Shown: piece by piece, positions 1 through 12,129 of the stretch
Layout of the letters: each line of letters opens with the position of its first letter
Position numbering within the stretch: the first letter of the stretch is position 1
Origin: Octopus vulgaris
Taxonomy: Eukaryota
Assembly: GCA_951406725.2 (NCBI GenBank)
Contig: OX597816.1
Location: 24,180,001 to 24,244,000, forward strand
Direction: 5' to 3'
DNA: 64,000 bases
Translations under genes and position numbers: made by a program
Notes under the pieces: model-generated
Told to the model about the DNA's origin: nothing
Databases searched by the model: none
Seen by the model: only the letters and a program-made list of their open reading frames with translations

Positions 1-285
1 AGCTCTGTCGCTAGTCCAATATAGAGCAGCAGATTCCAGGGCTTCGTGTGGCCCACAAGCATTCCACTGGCGGCCCTCGATGGTGCTCCCTAAAAAATAT
101 AAAATTTTCTTTAATTAACTTGTGTTTTATATTTTCTTTGATGCGGCCCCCTAAAAATATCCAGGTTTTGGATCTGACCCAGGTATTAAAAAGGTTGAAA
201 ACCACTGAGAGGGAGCCTACTTTAATTATGTTATTTTTAACATCATGAGTTTAAAAAAAAAATGACTGCCACGTTCACGTTAATA

Positions 286-521
286 CCTATTTCTTTACTA
301 CCCACAAGGGGACAAACACAGAGGGGACAAACAAGGACAGTCAAACGGATTAAGTCGATTACATCGACCCCAGTGCGTAACTGGTACTTAATTTATCGAC
401 TCCGAAAGGATGAAAGGTAAAGTCGACCTCGGCGGAATTTGAACTCAGAACGCAATGCCAAACGAAACACGGCTACGCATTTCGCCCGGCTTGCTAACGT
501 TTCTGCCAGCTCGCCGCCTTA
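286..521 (-). mobile_element. SINE family A, full-length copy with TSD
   Basis: Reverse complement begins AAGGCGGCGAGCTGGCAGAAACGTTAGC (A-box-like), has GAGTTCAAATTCC (B-box-like), a central CTTTCATCCTTTCGGNGTCGATAAA..AGTACC block and tail CCCCTTGTGGGTAGTAAAGAAATAGG. Flanked by ACGTTCACGTYAATA at 271-285 and 522-536. Confidence 0.9.
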
Positions 522-1120
522 ACGTTCACGTCAATAGTGTCAGGTACAATGGAGTATGGTGGGCAGTCCATATTTTTAACCTTGATATATTGCAGCTGTT
601 TCTTTCCCTCGGCGTATTTGAAACAGAAAAAATTCTCATAAATTATTCGTAATGAATTGTAGAAAACTGTGCTATTAGAATATTCTAAGAATAGTTTGAA
701 CGATTTTTGCTGTCTTCTTTCTTGATTGAAGAGGTATTATTTTGAAATTGTAAGATGGCGACTGAAAATGGCGTCGACTATCGTATTCTGTTTGCTGTTG
801 TTTACTTGCTAGTTTTTATAACAATTTACTTTTACATTAATAAAAAAAACCATATATATATATATTCACACTATATATTATTCCGTATTACACACAACCA
901 TGCATTAGAAGACTGGAGTCTAATATTTGTATAAACAGTGAAAAATAAACTAATGGATTCTACTTATAATATATAAATTGGTCGATTCTCGGGGCATCGG
1001 ACAAACGCCTTGCGGTATTTCTTCCGGTTCTTTCCGTTCTTAGTTCAGATCTCTACCGAAGTTAACTTTATCTTAATCCTTCCAGAGGCAACAAAGTAAG
1101 TTCTACTCAAGCACTGAAAT

Positions 1121-1174
1121 CTCTCTCTCTCTCCCTTCTCTCTCTCCCCTCTCTCTCTTCTCTCCCCCACTCTA

Positions 1175-1251
<77 letters not shown>

Positions 1252-1348
1252 GCCAGTCTGTTTATCTGCTGTCTATCTATTTGCTTATTTTTCTGTGTGT
1301 CTGTGTGTCTGTCTCTCTCTCTCTTTCCCTATTTATCTATCCATCCAT

Positions 1349-1390
<42 letters not shown>
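1121..1390. repeat. compound microsatellite (CT)n/(TCTA)n/(TA)n
   Basis: Visible arrays. Confidence 0.95.
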
Positions 1391-1394
<4 letters not shown>

Positions 1395-1399
1395 TGTAT

Positions 1400-1539
1400 A
1401 AGGCGGTGAGCTGGCAGAAACGTTAGCACACCAGGCGAAATGCATAGCGGTATTTCGTCTGTCTTTGTGTTCTGAGTTCAAATTCCGCCGAGGTTGACTT
1501 TGCCTTTCATCCTTTCGGTGATCGATAAATTAAGTACCA
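1400..1539 (+). mobile_element. SINE family A, 3'-truncated
   Basis: Same head and central block as 286-521. Confidence 0.85.
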
Positions 1540-2047
1540 GAGAGAAAGGGAGAGGTGGGGGTGTTGGCTAGTGGTCAGAATAAAGTGATAAGGGAAAGGG
1601 AGAAGTTAGGGGGAGAGAGAGGAAGAGATGAGAAGGTAAGGAATAAAGGAGTGTGAAATATGTGAGTAGGGGTCGTGTGATAGAGCTGTATTAAGAGACG
1701 GGTACAGAAAAGGTAGAGAGAAGGTAAGCGTGGGGTGGCATGTAAGTGGGTATTGGTTTTGATAGTAAAATTTGAGGTGAAATGAAGAATTCAAGTTGCT
1801 ATAGACATGTGTGGTAGGTTAGTAGGTAAAGAAAGAAAGAATGTATATGTGTGAATATGTATACATATATACGTACCCCCACATGGATATATATATATAT
1901 AATTTTTTGCCACATAGTGAGTTGCAAATACTGTTTGTCTGTGGAGACATATTTTTGTAGTAAAAGAAATAAGTCCTCTGGCTGCTATTTCTAATACTTT
2001 CGGTATGTGGTCTAACAACTTGTTGCAAAGACCCTCTTTGTTATAAT

Positions 2048-2136
<89 letters not shown>

Positions 2137-2139
<3 letters not shown>

Positions 2140-2558
2140 AACTGGGACAAGAATGCAAAACATTTAGAAGACGATGCAAAAAACACGGACGGGTGATTAG
2201 AAGCCTTCAATCTTCAGTCAAGAACCGGATCATCCTCGCAATTTCGGCTGATTACTCTTGAGATTGCTCCAATCTGGCCAGCCCCAAGGAATGTTTTTTC
2301 GTATTATTTTTGTATTCATATTCGTGTAACATCGTTTTTCCGTCTTTGTTCGTATACATTCGAAGATTTTTTCAAAGGAATTCTAATGTGCTTAGCTTAG
2401 ATTTTCATTGGGGCTGGCCAAATTGGAGCAATCTCAAGATTAATCAGCCGAAATTGCGAGGATGATCCGGTTCTTGACTGAAGATTAAAGGCTTCGAATG
2501 ACCCGTCCGTGTTTTTTGTATCGTCTTCTAAATGTTTTGCGTTCTTGTCCCAGTTTGT
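2137..2558. mobile_element. fold-back element, 155-bp inverted arms, embedded in (TA)n
   Basis: 2137-2291 is the near reverse complement of 2404-2558, with a 112-bp spacer and long (TA)n arrays on both sides. Confidence 0.85.
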
Positions 2559-2563
2559 GTGTA

Positions 2564-2603
<40 letters not shown>

Positions 2604-2612
2604 CGGCGTATG

Positions 2613-2676
<64 letters not shown>

Positions 2677-2679
<3 letters not shown>

Positions 2680-2759
2680 TCCGATCACCGAAGTTAAGCA
2701 ACGTCAAACCAAGTTAGTACTTAGATGGGTGACCGCTTGGGAAACCTAGGTGCTGTAAG
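2677..2759 (+). pseudogene. 5'-truncated 5S rRNA copy
   Basis: TCGTCCGATCACCGAAGTTAAGCAACGTC..GTTAGTACTTAGATGGGTGACCGCTTGGGAA..GGTGCTGTA matches the 3' two-thirds of metazoan 5S rRNA including boxes A and C. The first ~35 nt are replaced by (TA)n. Confidence 0.85.
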
Positions 2760-2774
2760 GGTCACACATTTTAT

Positions 2775-3058
2775 AGGCGCAGGAGTGACTGTGTGATAAG
2801 TAGCTTGCTTACTAACCACAAGGTTCCGGGTTCATTCACGCAAGGGGCTAAACACAGAAGGGACAAACAAGGACAGACAAACGGATTAAGTTTATTACAT
2901 CGACCCCAGTGCGTAACTGGTACTTAATTTATCGACCCAGAAGGGATGAAAGGCAAAGTCGACTTCGGCGGAATTTGAACTCAGAACGTAACGGCAGACG
3001 AATTACGGCTACGCATTTCGCCCGGCGTGCTAACGTTTCTGCCAGTTCGCCGCTTTAA
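2775..3058. mobile_element. SINE family B head fragment (+) joined to SINE family A (-)
   Basis: AGGCGCAGGAGTGACTGTGTG.. head at 2775-2838, then family A reverse complement at about 2841-3058. Confidence 0.8.
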
Positions 3059-4219
3059 GATACGGCGTAATATTGAGATATGATCTTCGACCCTTCATCT
3101 CGAAAATCCGATACCCTATCGACCTGGTTAAATACTGTCCTGAAGTCTGCGCACTCGTAAGATTCAAAATCAATATATTTGCAACTGTTGTTGTTGATAT
3201 TTGTATGAATATGATATTCTCATTCGAAACCCGAGAAAAAGATGAAAATCTCTCTAAGATATATCTAACTTTATCCAGTTATCTAGTTCCCAATAGAAAT
3301 GGAAAATAAGGAAATTGCATTTTTAAACACACTGGTGAACAAGAGATAGAAGAAGATTTGAATGAATAACTTTATCAAAAACGCAACGCTGATCTCTGTT
3401 TAGCTTTTAGCTCTAAATCAAGTGAAGCGTAACAAACATAATATTCAATTCTTCGTCAGAGCACAAAAAATATGGAAACGAATAGATCAAGAGAAAATAC
3501 GGAATCAAGAAGCTGAAGATTAAGCATTTAGAAGAATTGTATTCTGGTGTATCTGAATACGTTAATGAACGTACTGAAAATAGCTTTGGAAACAACAGCC
3601 AAAGCAGCAACCGTAACAAACACAACCAAAACAAAAAAAAAAACAACAGCAATAACGAGAGAATAAAGAAGGAAAAATACAAAGAATTAACGTACAAATA
3701 AGATATGAAAGTATTTTGAATACTCATTTCTCACATAGACATACGGTCTCAGCAGAATGTGAAGGTGAGACGACGATACAGTTGGTTAAGATCGATCCGC
3801 TCGCTACTCGACTCCGATTGTCACGAGGTTATAAATTTGTATGGAAAGTATATAATCGATTCTTCTCGCTTGAGTTACCGTTGTATTATTATTATTGTTT
3901 TTGTTTTTACGTAAACATAAATCAATTTCTTATTCATAAACGTTTATTTCGTGTTTAGCGAAAGAGCGGATGAGAGAGTAGCAAGAATGTTGAGTTTGAA
4001 TAAGTTTACCCAATGTAGTCTACCTTCAGTAGGAGGAAAGAAACGGGGAGAAGGCACTTATGAAGCCTTGGAAATGGCAGAGAAATCCGGGCCTTTTGTG
4101 TGGGATTTCTCCAAAATTACATTTAGGTGGACTGGCCCACGGTTGAAAAATTTTTTTATGTTGAATTTTTGTTTAAATTTTATTGTTATATATTTTGTTA
4201 TATCTTTAATCTTTTATCT

Positions 4220-4525
4220 TTTACTAGTTTCAGTCATCAGAGCGATGCCATGCTGGGCACCACCTTGAAGAATTGCCAAATTACGGTGACGTAAACATAC
4301 CGATACCGGTTGTCAGGCGGTGATGGGGGACGAACACACACATACACACAAACATACACACACACTCACACACACACGACGGGCTGATTTCAGTTTGCGT
4401 CTAAGAATTCCACTCACAAGGCATTGGTCGGCTTGAGGCTGTATTAGAAGACACTTGCTCAAAGTTCAACACAGTAGGACTGAACCCGGGACCATGAGGT
4501 TGGGAAGCAAGCTTCTTATACACAG
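4220..4525 (-). mobile_element. SINE family B, diverged
   Basis: Tail GTTTCAGTCAT..CCATGCTGG, internal (CA)n and head remnant. Confidence 0.75.
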
Positions 4526-4635
4526 TTACGACTTTATTTTTGTTTTATTTTCTGTGTTGTTTTATTTTCTGTGTTGGGAAGCAAGCTTCTTACTACACAG
4601 TTACGACTTTATTTTTGTTTTATTTTCTGTGTTGT
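4499..4635. repeat. local tandem duplication (~62-bp core, 2 copies)
   Basis: GTTGGGAAGCAAGCTTCTTA..CACAGTTACGACTTTATTTTTGTTTTATTTTCTGTGTTG occurs twice. Confidence 0.85.
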
Positions 4636-4789
4636 ACTTCGTTCTTTTATATCGTTCCGAATGTCCTGAGCACTTTGTGACCCTTAAAAAAAAACCCCCA
4701 TCACCATCGGCAGCAGCATCGTTATCAAAACGTGCGATGGTCAACCTTGCTTTTCATTCTTCCAGAATCTGCAAAATAAAATGACAGTT

Positions 4790-5056
4790 ACTCTTTTACT
4801 CTTTACTTTTTTTACTTGTTTCAGTCATTTGACTGTGGCCATGCTGGAGTACCGCCTTTAGTCGAGTAAATCGACTCCAGGACTTATTCTTTGTAAGCCT
4901 CGTACTTATTCTATCGGTGTCTTTTGTCGAACCGCTAAGTTACATAAACACACCAGCATCTGTTCTCAAGCGATGTTTGGGGGGGGGCAAACAAAGACAC
5001 ACAAACATATACATACACACATACATACATGCGTACATACATTCATACAAACATAC

Positions 5057-5110
<54 letters not shown>

Positions 5111-5447
5111 CAGGAAGGTTTACGAAAATAAACAAAAGACGAAGGCAGGTGGAGTACAAACAAACAATTGTATTAGTATGGCGCTCAGAAATAGAAATAG
5201 AACAAGTCTTTTACGTTTCGAGCCTACGCTCTTCGACAGAAAGATACACAGAAAAAAAAAAACAAGGAGAGAAAAAAATGCGTGTAGGAGCTAGCACACA
5301 GATATACGACGGGCTTCTTTCAATTTCCATTTACCGAATCCACTCACAAGGCTTTGGTCGGCCCGAGGCTGTAGTAGTAGACACTTGGTCAATTTGCCAC
5401 GCAGTGGGGCTGAACTTGGAACCATGTGGTTGGTAAGCAAGCTACTT
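4790..5447 (-). mobile_element. SINE family B split by two insertions (5' remainder at 7708-7738)
   Basis: Family B tail at 4790-5000 and head at 5305-5447, continuing after the 2.26-kb insert at CAAGCTACTTACCACACAGCTACTCCTGCAC. Confidence 0.85.
5110..5293 (-). mobile_element. repeat family E (PLE pLTR-like, minimal hammerhead-like motif at 5208-5243)
   Basis: Reverse complement contains CTTT CTGTCGAA GAGC GTAG GCTC GAAA CG TA AAAG. Other copies at about 15960-16165, 18210-18345, 39577-39760 and a partial one at 53610-53705. Confidence 0.7.
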
Positions 5448-7707
5448 TATTTCAAAACATTTGCCATAAAGGCAGTACACAGATTAAGTTAGCTTTGCGG
5501 GCTGGACGAGGACATTAATGAGGTGAATGATAATGAAAGAAAGATGATAAGGATGGGAGAAGACAAAAAGCGCCCGCCGACTTTCGCTTCTCTAAAACAT
5601 TGTTCTTTTTAAAGATAAACACAAAACGAGGTATTAAACCTCTTACAATTTTTCCAATTTTTGGACTTAGCAGTCCATTATTAATACAAAACGAGGTATT
5701 AATCCTCTTACAATTTTTCAATTTTTGGACTTAAGTCCATTACTAATAATAACAGTTCAATAATTACATATCGTCCTCGAAATAGCTTGTGCCCGCGCCC
5801 TCCACCATCAACCACGCCTTCCTCAGAACGTAATCAAGTTCCGAGTTCGCTTAGCCCGGGACCAAGTTATAATCTTCATTGAGCTCCTTTAGCCCAAGCG
5901 TCACGTCGAACGCCACGGCCTCCACAGCTACCTGCGGAGGCCATTCGGGGTCCTGTGTGAAGGCTAAAGGTGCTCCCTTGTAGTGCTCTTCCATCACTTT
6001 TTCAATTTCTCCTCCTCTATAGAAGAGGACCTATACGTTCAGTTCTTTCGTTGGCGGCACAGTTCCCGCCAACGGTATTCCTTCTCTTGTCGGTGGCACA
6101 ACCCCAACCGACGTAGTTCCGGGACATTCCGGTGCTACACTGACAGCCGGTAATGTCCCGTTTTTCTTCCTCTTTTTCTTTTTTTTTCCCTTTTCAACTG
6201 AGGGAGGGTGCGTCTCCTCCGTGGCTGGAAGATTCGCCTTCCTCTCCTCATCTCTATTATCCTTTGGTGAGCACCCATTGTTGCTCACCTTCCTCTTTCG
6301 GCCTCTGTTTGAGGAGTCCTCTGCTTTCTCGGCCGTTATCGTTCCCTCTTCTAGAGGGGTTTTACTTAACTGTTCCGGGATCCTATTTTGTTCCCGAGGA
6401 CAGTTCTTCTTTATGTGGCCGGACTCCAAGCACCGATGACACTTAGGGGGGCGACCCTCAAGCATCACCGGGTACCTGCACCCGGCCATTTTCAAAAAAT
6501 CTGGAAGAACCAGATTGGCTGATTGGGTCCACAGGGTCAAAATTGCTTTTGACCCAACCCAAGCAGCCGCAGGAAGAACTTTTACATTGAGGAGCTTAGT
6601 TTCGCTGTCACCCAGACCCCGGCGGATAGTCTCCTCTATCCACTCGGGTTCTATGTCGGGTGGCAGTCCGCAAATCCAAGCTTTCATCAATTTCTTTTTT
6701 TTGTACGTGGGCAGGAATAAGATTTCCTTACCCTCCAGGGGTTTGCTAGCAAATTTGCAAGCCTCTTCAGGGGTGTCAAATAGCAACCACACCGTTGCAT
6801 ATTTGACACCCCTGGAAATGAATTTAATTGTTGGCAAATACTCTTCCAACTCCTTTTCAATTGCCGTCTTTTCGAATAGGGCGATGGTGTCGAGTGCCTT
6901 GGAGTAGGTTCTCATCACCACCGTCCTATCTTCACGGTCTTTTAACCACTTTTTAGGTGGTATGATTTCCCACTCCAAAATTTTGTTATTTTTCATTGCC
7001 ATGTTTTTTTTAAAATATATTCAAATTAAACTCAAAAGCAGGAAGAAAAAAGTTGAAAAGTCCAAATAAAATTTGATAGATTTTTGAAAAAACAAAAAGG
7101 AGAAAGCACAACAGAAGGGAAGAAATTAACGGAAAGTCGCAATAAAGAAAAAAAACAAAAGGTGGGGTTAAATGAAGTTCAAAAGAAAGTTAATAAACAG
7201 AAAAAACACAACAAAAATATTCTGGCCTTGCGGTACTCCCGGCCTGGGTTGAACCTGGAACGCCGCAACTGCAACACAACCTCCACAAAAATGGGTCCGA
7301 AAGGTAATCCAATAGTGGCTTATTTTTATAATTTTCTTGCGAAGTACTCTGACAAGGGAATAAATTCAACAAACCCAAACACAGCACTGGCTACCGCCAA
7401 CGGTAATTTTAACAGTAACTGTATTGAATTCCGAGGATACGCCCCTCCACTGTTTTTTCTTTTTTTTTTTCAATGAACACAAAAACGGCAGCCGCCGAGA
7501 GCAGGCGAAATTGTCTCAGAGTTGGACACAACTTACTGAAATAATAATTGGTACGCAATAAATTATGCCCAACTCACAATAAACAAAATCACTTACCTCG
7601 ACAACTTTCCGTTTTTGGTCTTTTTTCTTTAATTGGACGGAGCTGGTTGACTCGCGTCCACTCTGGCTGAACAGGAAGCAACTGACTAACTGCGCATGTG
7701 AGTTAGA
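5448..7707 (-). mobile_element. 2.26-kb ORF1-only non-LTR retroelement (HAL1-like, Tx1/L1-type ORF1)
   Basis: Bounded by TSD CAAGCTACTT (5438-5447, 7708-7717). Ends in ..TTTTGAAATAAA on the minus strand, has a ~700-bp 5' UTR, a single ORF and no endonuclease or RT. Confidence 0.75.
6031..7002 (-). CDS. retrotransposon ORF1/gag-like nucleic-acid-binding protein with CCHC zinc knuckle (323 aa)
   Basis: Only long complex ORF in the window. EGRPPKCHRCLESGHIKKNCP is CX2CX4HX4C preceded by the G(R/Q)P motif typical of Tx1/L1-type ORF1, with an RRM-like ICGLPPDI segment and a Lys-rich tail. Confidence 0.8.
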   Translation of the reverse strand: MAMKNNKILEWEIIPPKKWLKDREDRTVVMRTYSKALDTIALFEKTAIEKELEEYLPTIKFISRGVKYATVWLLFDTPEEACKFASKPLEGKEILFLPTYKKKKLMKAWICGLPPDIEPEWIEETIRRGLGDSETKLLNVKVLPAAAWVGSKAILTLWTQSANLVLPDFLKMAGCRYPVMLEGRPPKCHRCLESGHIKKNCPREQNRIPEQLSKTPLEEGTITAEKAEDSSNRGRKRKVSNNGCSPKDNRDEERKANLPATEETHPPSVEKGKKKKKRKKNGTLPAVSVAPECPGTTSVGVVPPTREGIPLAGTVPPTKELNV

Positions 7708-7744
7708 CAAGCTACTTACCACACAGCTACTCCTGCACGTATAT

Positions 7745-7946
<202 letters not shown>

Positions 7947-8118
7947 TAGGGTTCAGCAAAGATTTGCTTTACCACATACCGAAGTTTAGAAATAGCAGCC
8001 AAAACACCTTAGCTATTTGTTCTACTTTAAAAAGGGACTCCCAGAAAAACCAAAATACTTGAAAACAATCCACACAGGCAGAGAGGAAAAATAACGAAAA
8101 TCAATCAATATCTGGTCA

Positions 8119-8202
8119 CCCATGTACGCACGTTTCGGAATTAGATCGGTATAAAGAATATAGAAATTATACTTTACCAACCATTTTTTTCATCACCATG
8201 GG
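8119..8202 (-). ncRNA. degenerate type I hammerhead motif in a PLE pLTR-like repeat (about 7944-8410)
   Basis: Reverse complement reads CCCATG gTGATGA ..stem II.. GAAA CGTGCG TA CATGGG. Helix I is intact and core C3 is changed to G. Confidence 0.5.
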
Positions 8203-8439
8203 ACTCCAACAATATTAAATATTGAAATATTAAATTCGAAGGCACTGGAATAATTGAACATATCTCTCCACCTAACGGTATCGGACAGATCATATTCAGT
8301 GTTAGTACCGCCGAATTCAAAATATGAATGAGGTTCATCACCTTCCCCTGCCCATCTGCGTGTGCCGTCAAGTAAAATACTACAGAAAAAATCTGTAGTT
8401 TGTTATCAGGGAGAATATATATATATATATTGTGTTTCT

Positions 8440-8755
8440 CCCGACCTGCACCGCCTGAAAACCGGTGTTGGTTTGTTAACGTCTCGTAAACTATAGGTTC
8501 AGCAAAAGAAGCCATAAAATAAGCACCAGTGGCGGGAACAGCCACAGGCACGAACATAAACCCCTCCCACCCACATGCACACACATATACGATGGGCATC
8601 TTTCAGTTTCTTGCCTACTAAATCCACTCACAAGGATTTGGTCGGCCCGAGGCTATAGTAGAAGACACTTTCCCAAGGTGCCACGTAGTGGGACTGAACC
8701 CGGAATCATGTGGTTGGTAAGTAAGCTACTTACCACACATTCACTCCTACGCTTA
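8440..8755 (-). mobile_element. SINE family B
   Basis: Conserved AAATCCACTCACAAGG..GGTCGGCCCGAGGCTATAGTAGAAGACACTT block and head. Confidence 0.8.
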
Positions 8756-8916
8756 TCACAGCCACTCCATGCTTGGATCTATAGCATCAACTAACCCACT
8801 TCTTTCAAAAGTGTTGGCCTTATGCCTAAATCATCATCATCATCACCATTATCACCTACACCATCATCGTAGTCATCATCATTACCACCAACACGACGAC
8901 GACGACGACGACCACC

Positions 8917-8957
<41 letters not shown>

Positions 8958-9354
8958 AGAAAATGGTTATACTTCATTGAGGTGGTTTTATAGTACCGAA
9001 AGATGCTTCCTTTAGAATTCATCAGCTACCTTTATAGACAATACCCGATCTTATTCGTGTCATCTTCATTTTTCAGATTTTCCAGTACGCTCGCCTTCTT
9101 AGAGTTAACTCTCATGTTTGTTGTTTCTGACTTTAAACACCATTAGAGAGAATTTTTTTTTATTAATTGTATGGTTAACCACAGTTGATCTAAGACTTTT
9201 CAACTCATTGTGTTATATGTGAAAGGCCTTGCCGTATGTATTTTTTCTGAAAATACTTTGGTCTTCTGGACTACTCAACCCCTATCCACATTGATAGCAA
9301 TCATAATCCACGTCGCTACTTACCCTCCATTTGCACATACATACACACACATGC

Positions 9355-9386
<32 letters not shown>

Positions 9387-9508
9387 AGAACGAGATGGAC
9401 GCTTCATTTTTATGCTGTTGCCGCATTATGTCGTATGCGAATGAGAGGATTTGCATCCCCAACCAAGAATTTTTGATGTAATACATGTCCTTGTGGAAAT
9501 TGTTGTGC

Positions 9509-9586
9509 GCGGCTGAGGAAGGCCACAGACATACATTATGCATTGTTATAAATCCGTCTAATAAAGGCCCGAAACATATGTACCGC
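9509..9586 (+). ncRNA. type I hammerhead ribozyme motif
   Basis: GCGG CTGAGGA aGGCC..GGCCc GAAA CATATG TA CCGC: helix I 4 bp, conserved core, palindromic helix III, GUA site. Lies in a ~240-bp module flanked by (TA)n on both sides. Confidence 0.7.
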
Positions 9587-9616
9587 TGAATCCTTGGCAT
9601 CGTGTTTTTATTTTGA

Positions 9617-9664
<48 letters not shown>

Positions 9665-10417
9665 TCATCTATAAGTTTTATTAATCTAGTAAAATATGCT
9701 TCACTGAGGAGGGATAAAAAACCGAAACAAATGTGTCACTTACACCAGTGGGTTCGAATAATGAGATCTACTTTTATCCGCAACGTCTTTGCCTTTCAAA
9801 AACATTAATTCGTTGGTCTTAATAGAGTCACCTCCTCTGCAGGTTTTCAATTTTAAACATATTTAGATGGGGTTTTTGTCAACAAATTTCTTAGATAATC
9901 TCAGCTAGTCGAAGATTATTCCATTTCTCTATCTTACATATGTAGGAACCTAGTGTAAGTGTATTTAGTATACAGACTGCTCCCACCACCACTACCTCCA
10001 CTCTTCAGATATTTCTCTCGATTAGATTGTAGATGAAATATAAAGTCAACTTTGATTGCATTTTCATTCTTCGTTAAAACGTATACTCGGTCATTTTTTT
10101 TTTTTACACATTTGTTGATTTCGTTACCGTCTAAGAAAGAACGTGCGCTAAGTGCTGTGCAGATTTGTTTTTGTTTTTTTTTTTTTACCTAAGTCTACTT
10201 ATTGTCGATTTTACAATAACAAACAAAAACAAATAGAGAGTGGGAGAATAAAACAGCATAAATAAACAGCTAAATAAATATACAGACAAATAATTCGAAA
10301 AGCAAAAACAAAACAGAATTTGGTAATGCATGTCAATGCTTTTATGCGCTATACATTTCTTTATAAACGTCGAATGAGCATTTGAATACAATGTATTAGT
10401 TACAAAATTATTGATGC

Positions 10418-10419
<2 letters not shown>

Positions 10420-10504
<85 letters not shown>

Positions 10505-10593
10505 CATTATTATTATCATTATTATTATTATAATTATTATCATTATTATTATTATCGTCATCATCATCATCATCATTATTATTATTATTATTA

Positions 10594-10660
<67 letters not shown>

Positions 10661-10793
10661 CATCATCATCATCATCATCATTATTATTATTATTATTCAG
10701 TAGTTTTATTTTTATAGCGTGCTTTCACTTCACTACCGAGCGCAGCTCTGTGTGCCTTAGGTATGTGCTGTGATTTGTTGTGATGCTCTGATG

Positions 10794-10855
<62 letters not shown>

Positions 10856-10944
10856 CATTATTATTATCATTATTATTATTATAATTATTATCATTATTAT
10901 TATTATCGTCATCATCATCATCATCATTATTATTATTATTATTA

Positions 10945-11008
<64 letters not shown>

Positions 11009-11141
11009 CATCATCATCATCATCATCATTATTATTATTATTATTCAGTAGTTTTATTTTTATAGCGTGCTTTCACTTCACTACCGAGCGCAGCTCTGTG
11101 TGCCTTAGGTATGTGCTGTGATTTGTTGTGATGCTCTGATG

Positions 11142-11194
<53 letters not shown>

Positions 11195-11241
11195 CATTAT
11201 TATTATTATTATTATTATCATTATTATTGTTATTATTACTA

Positions 11242-11340
<99 letters not shown>
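10420..11340. repeat. (TTA/TCA)n arrays with two identical ~97-bp inserts (period 348 bp)
   Basis: Unique block CAGTAGTTTT..CTCTGATGG at 10698-10794 and 11046-11142. The interruption pattern of the first two microsatellite blocks is also duplicated. Confidence 0.9.
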
Positions 11341-11787
11341 TTGAGTAATTCATTCGGAATGGTATGGTATTCAAAAGATATTATTTATAGTTAACCAATT
11401 TTTTTGCGTGTGTGTGTATGTGTGAGTACTTATGTGTGAGGATCTATCACTTAACTTCAGTGCCTGAGGTATCATTCTAAATTTACGACACAGGCAGACG
11501 AACACCGCACATTTTTATAACAGAGATATTTTCATATCATTGATTCATCTGAAAAGCTTAAACATTTCCATTCCTCTTCCCTCATCCAAAACATAGTTTA
11601 TATGACTAGATTGAATCAGTTGTTGCTTCTACGCTGCGATTTCAACTTCATACTGATGGAGATATGGTCATGTGATTGAGAAGTTTACTTCGCGACCACC
11701 TGTTGCGAGTTCTATCTCTCCATTGCAACCAGTATTTCTAAATATCGATAGCTCGATATTTCAATTGATTGATCTAAATAATATCTG

Positions 11788-12020
11788 TTTCTTTACTACC
11801 CACAAGGGGCTAAACACAGAGGGGACAAACAAGGACAGACAAACGGAATAAGCCGATTATATCGACCCCAGTGTGTAACTGGTACTTAATTTATCGACCC
11901 CGAAAGGATGAAAGGCAAAGTCGACCTCGGCAGAAATTTGAACTCAGAACGTAACAGCAGCCGAAATACCACTAGGCATTCCGGCCGGCGTGCTAACGAT
12001 TCTGCCAGCTCGCCGCCTTA
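11788..12020 (-). mobile_element. SINE family A with TSD
   Basis: TSD TGATCTAAATAATATC at 11770-11785 and 12021-12036. Confidence 0.9.
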
Positions 12021-12129
12021 TGATCTAAATAATATCATTGTTTCATATATTGGGTTGCCCGGAAAGTTCGTGCCGATTTATGGTAGCTTACCTTTCGACT
12101 TATTTCAGAACATGGTTACGATGAAGAGC

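Noticed and set aside
3060-3870. Possible DNA transposon remnant
   Set aside because: No convincing TIR pair, TSD or transposase motif.
7200-7530. HDV-like ribozyme in the 5' UTR of the ORF1-only element
   Set aside because: GC-rich hairpins are present, but the nested double pseudoknot could not be built by eye.
9700-9745. CTGAGGA GG..CC GAAA hammerhead-like motif
   Set aside because: Helix I cannot be paired, so it was not counted as a ribozyme.
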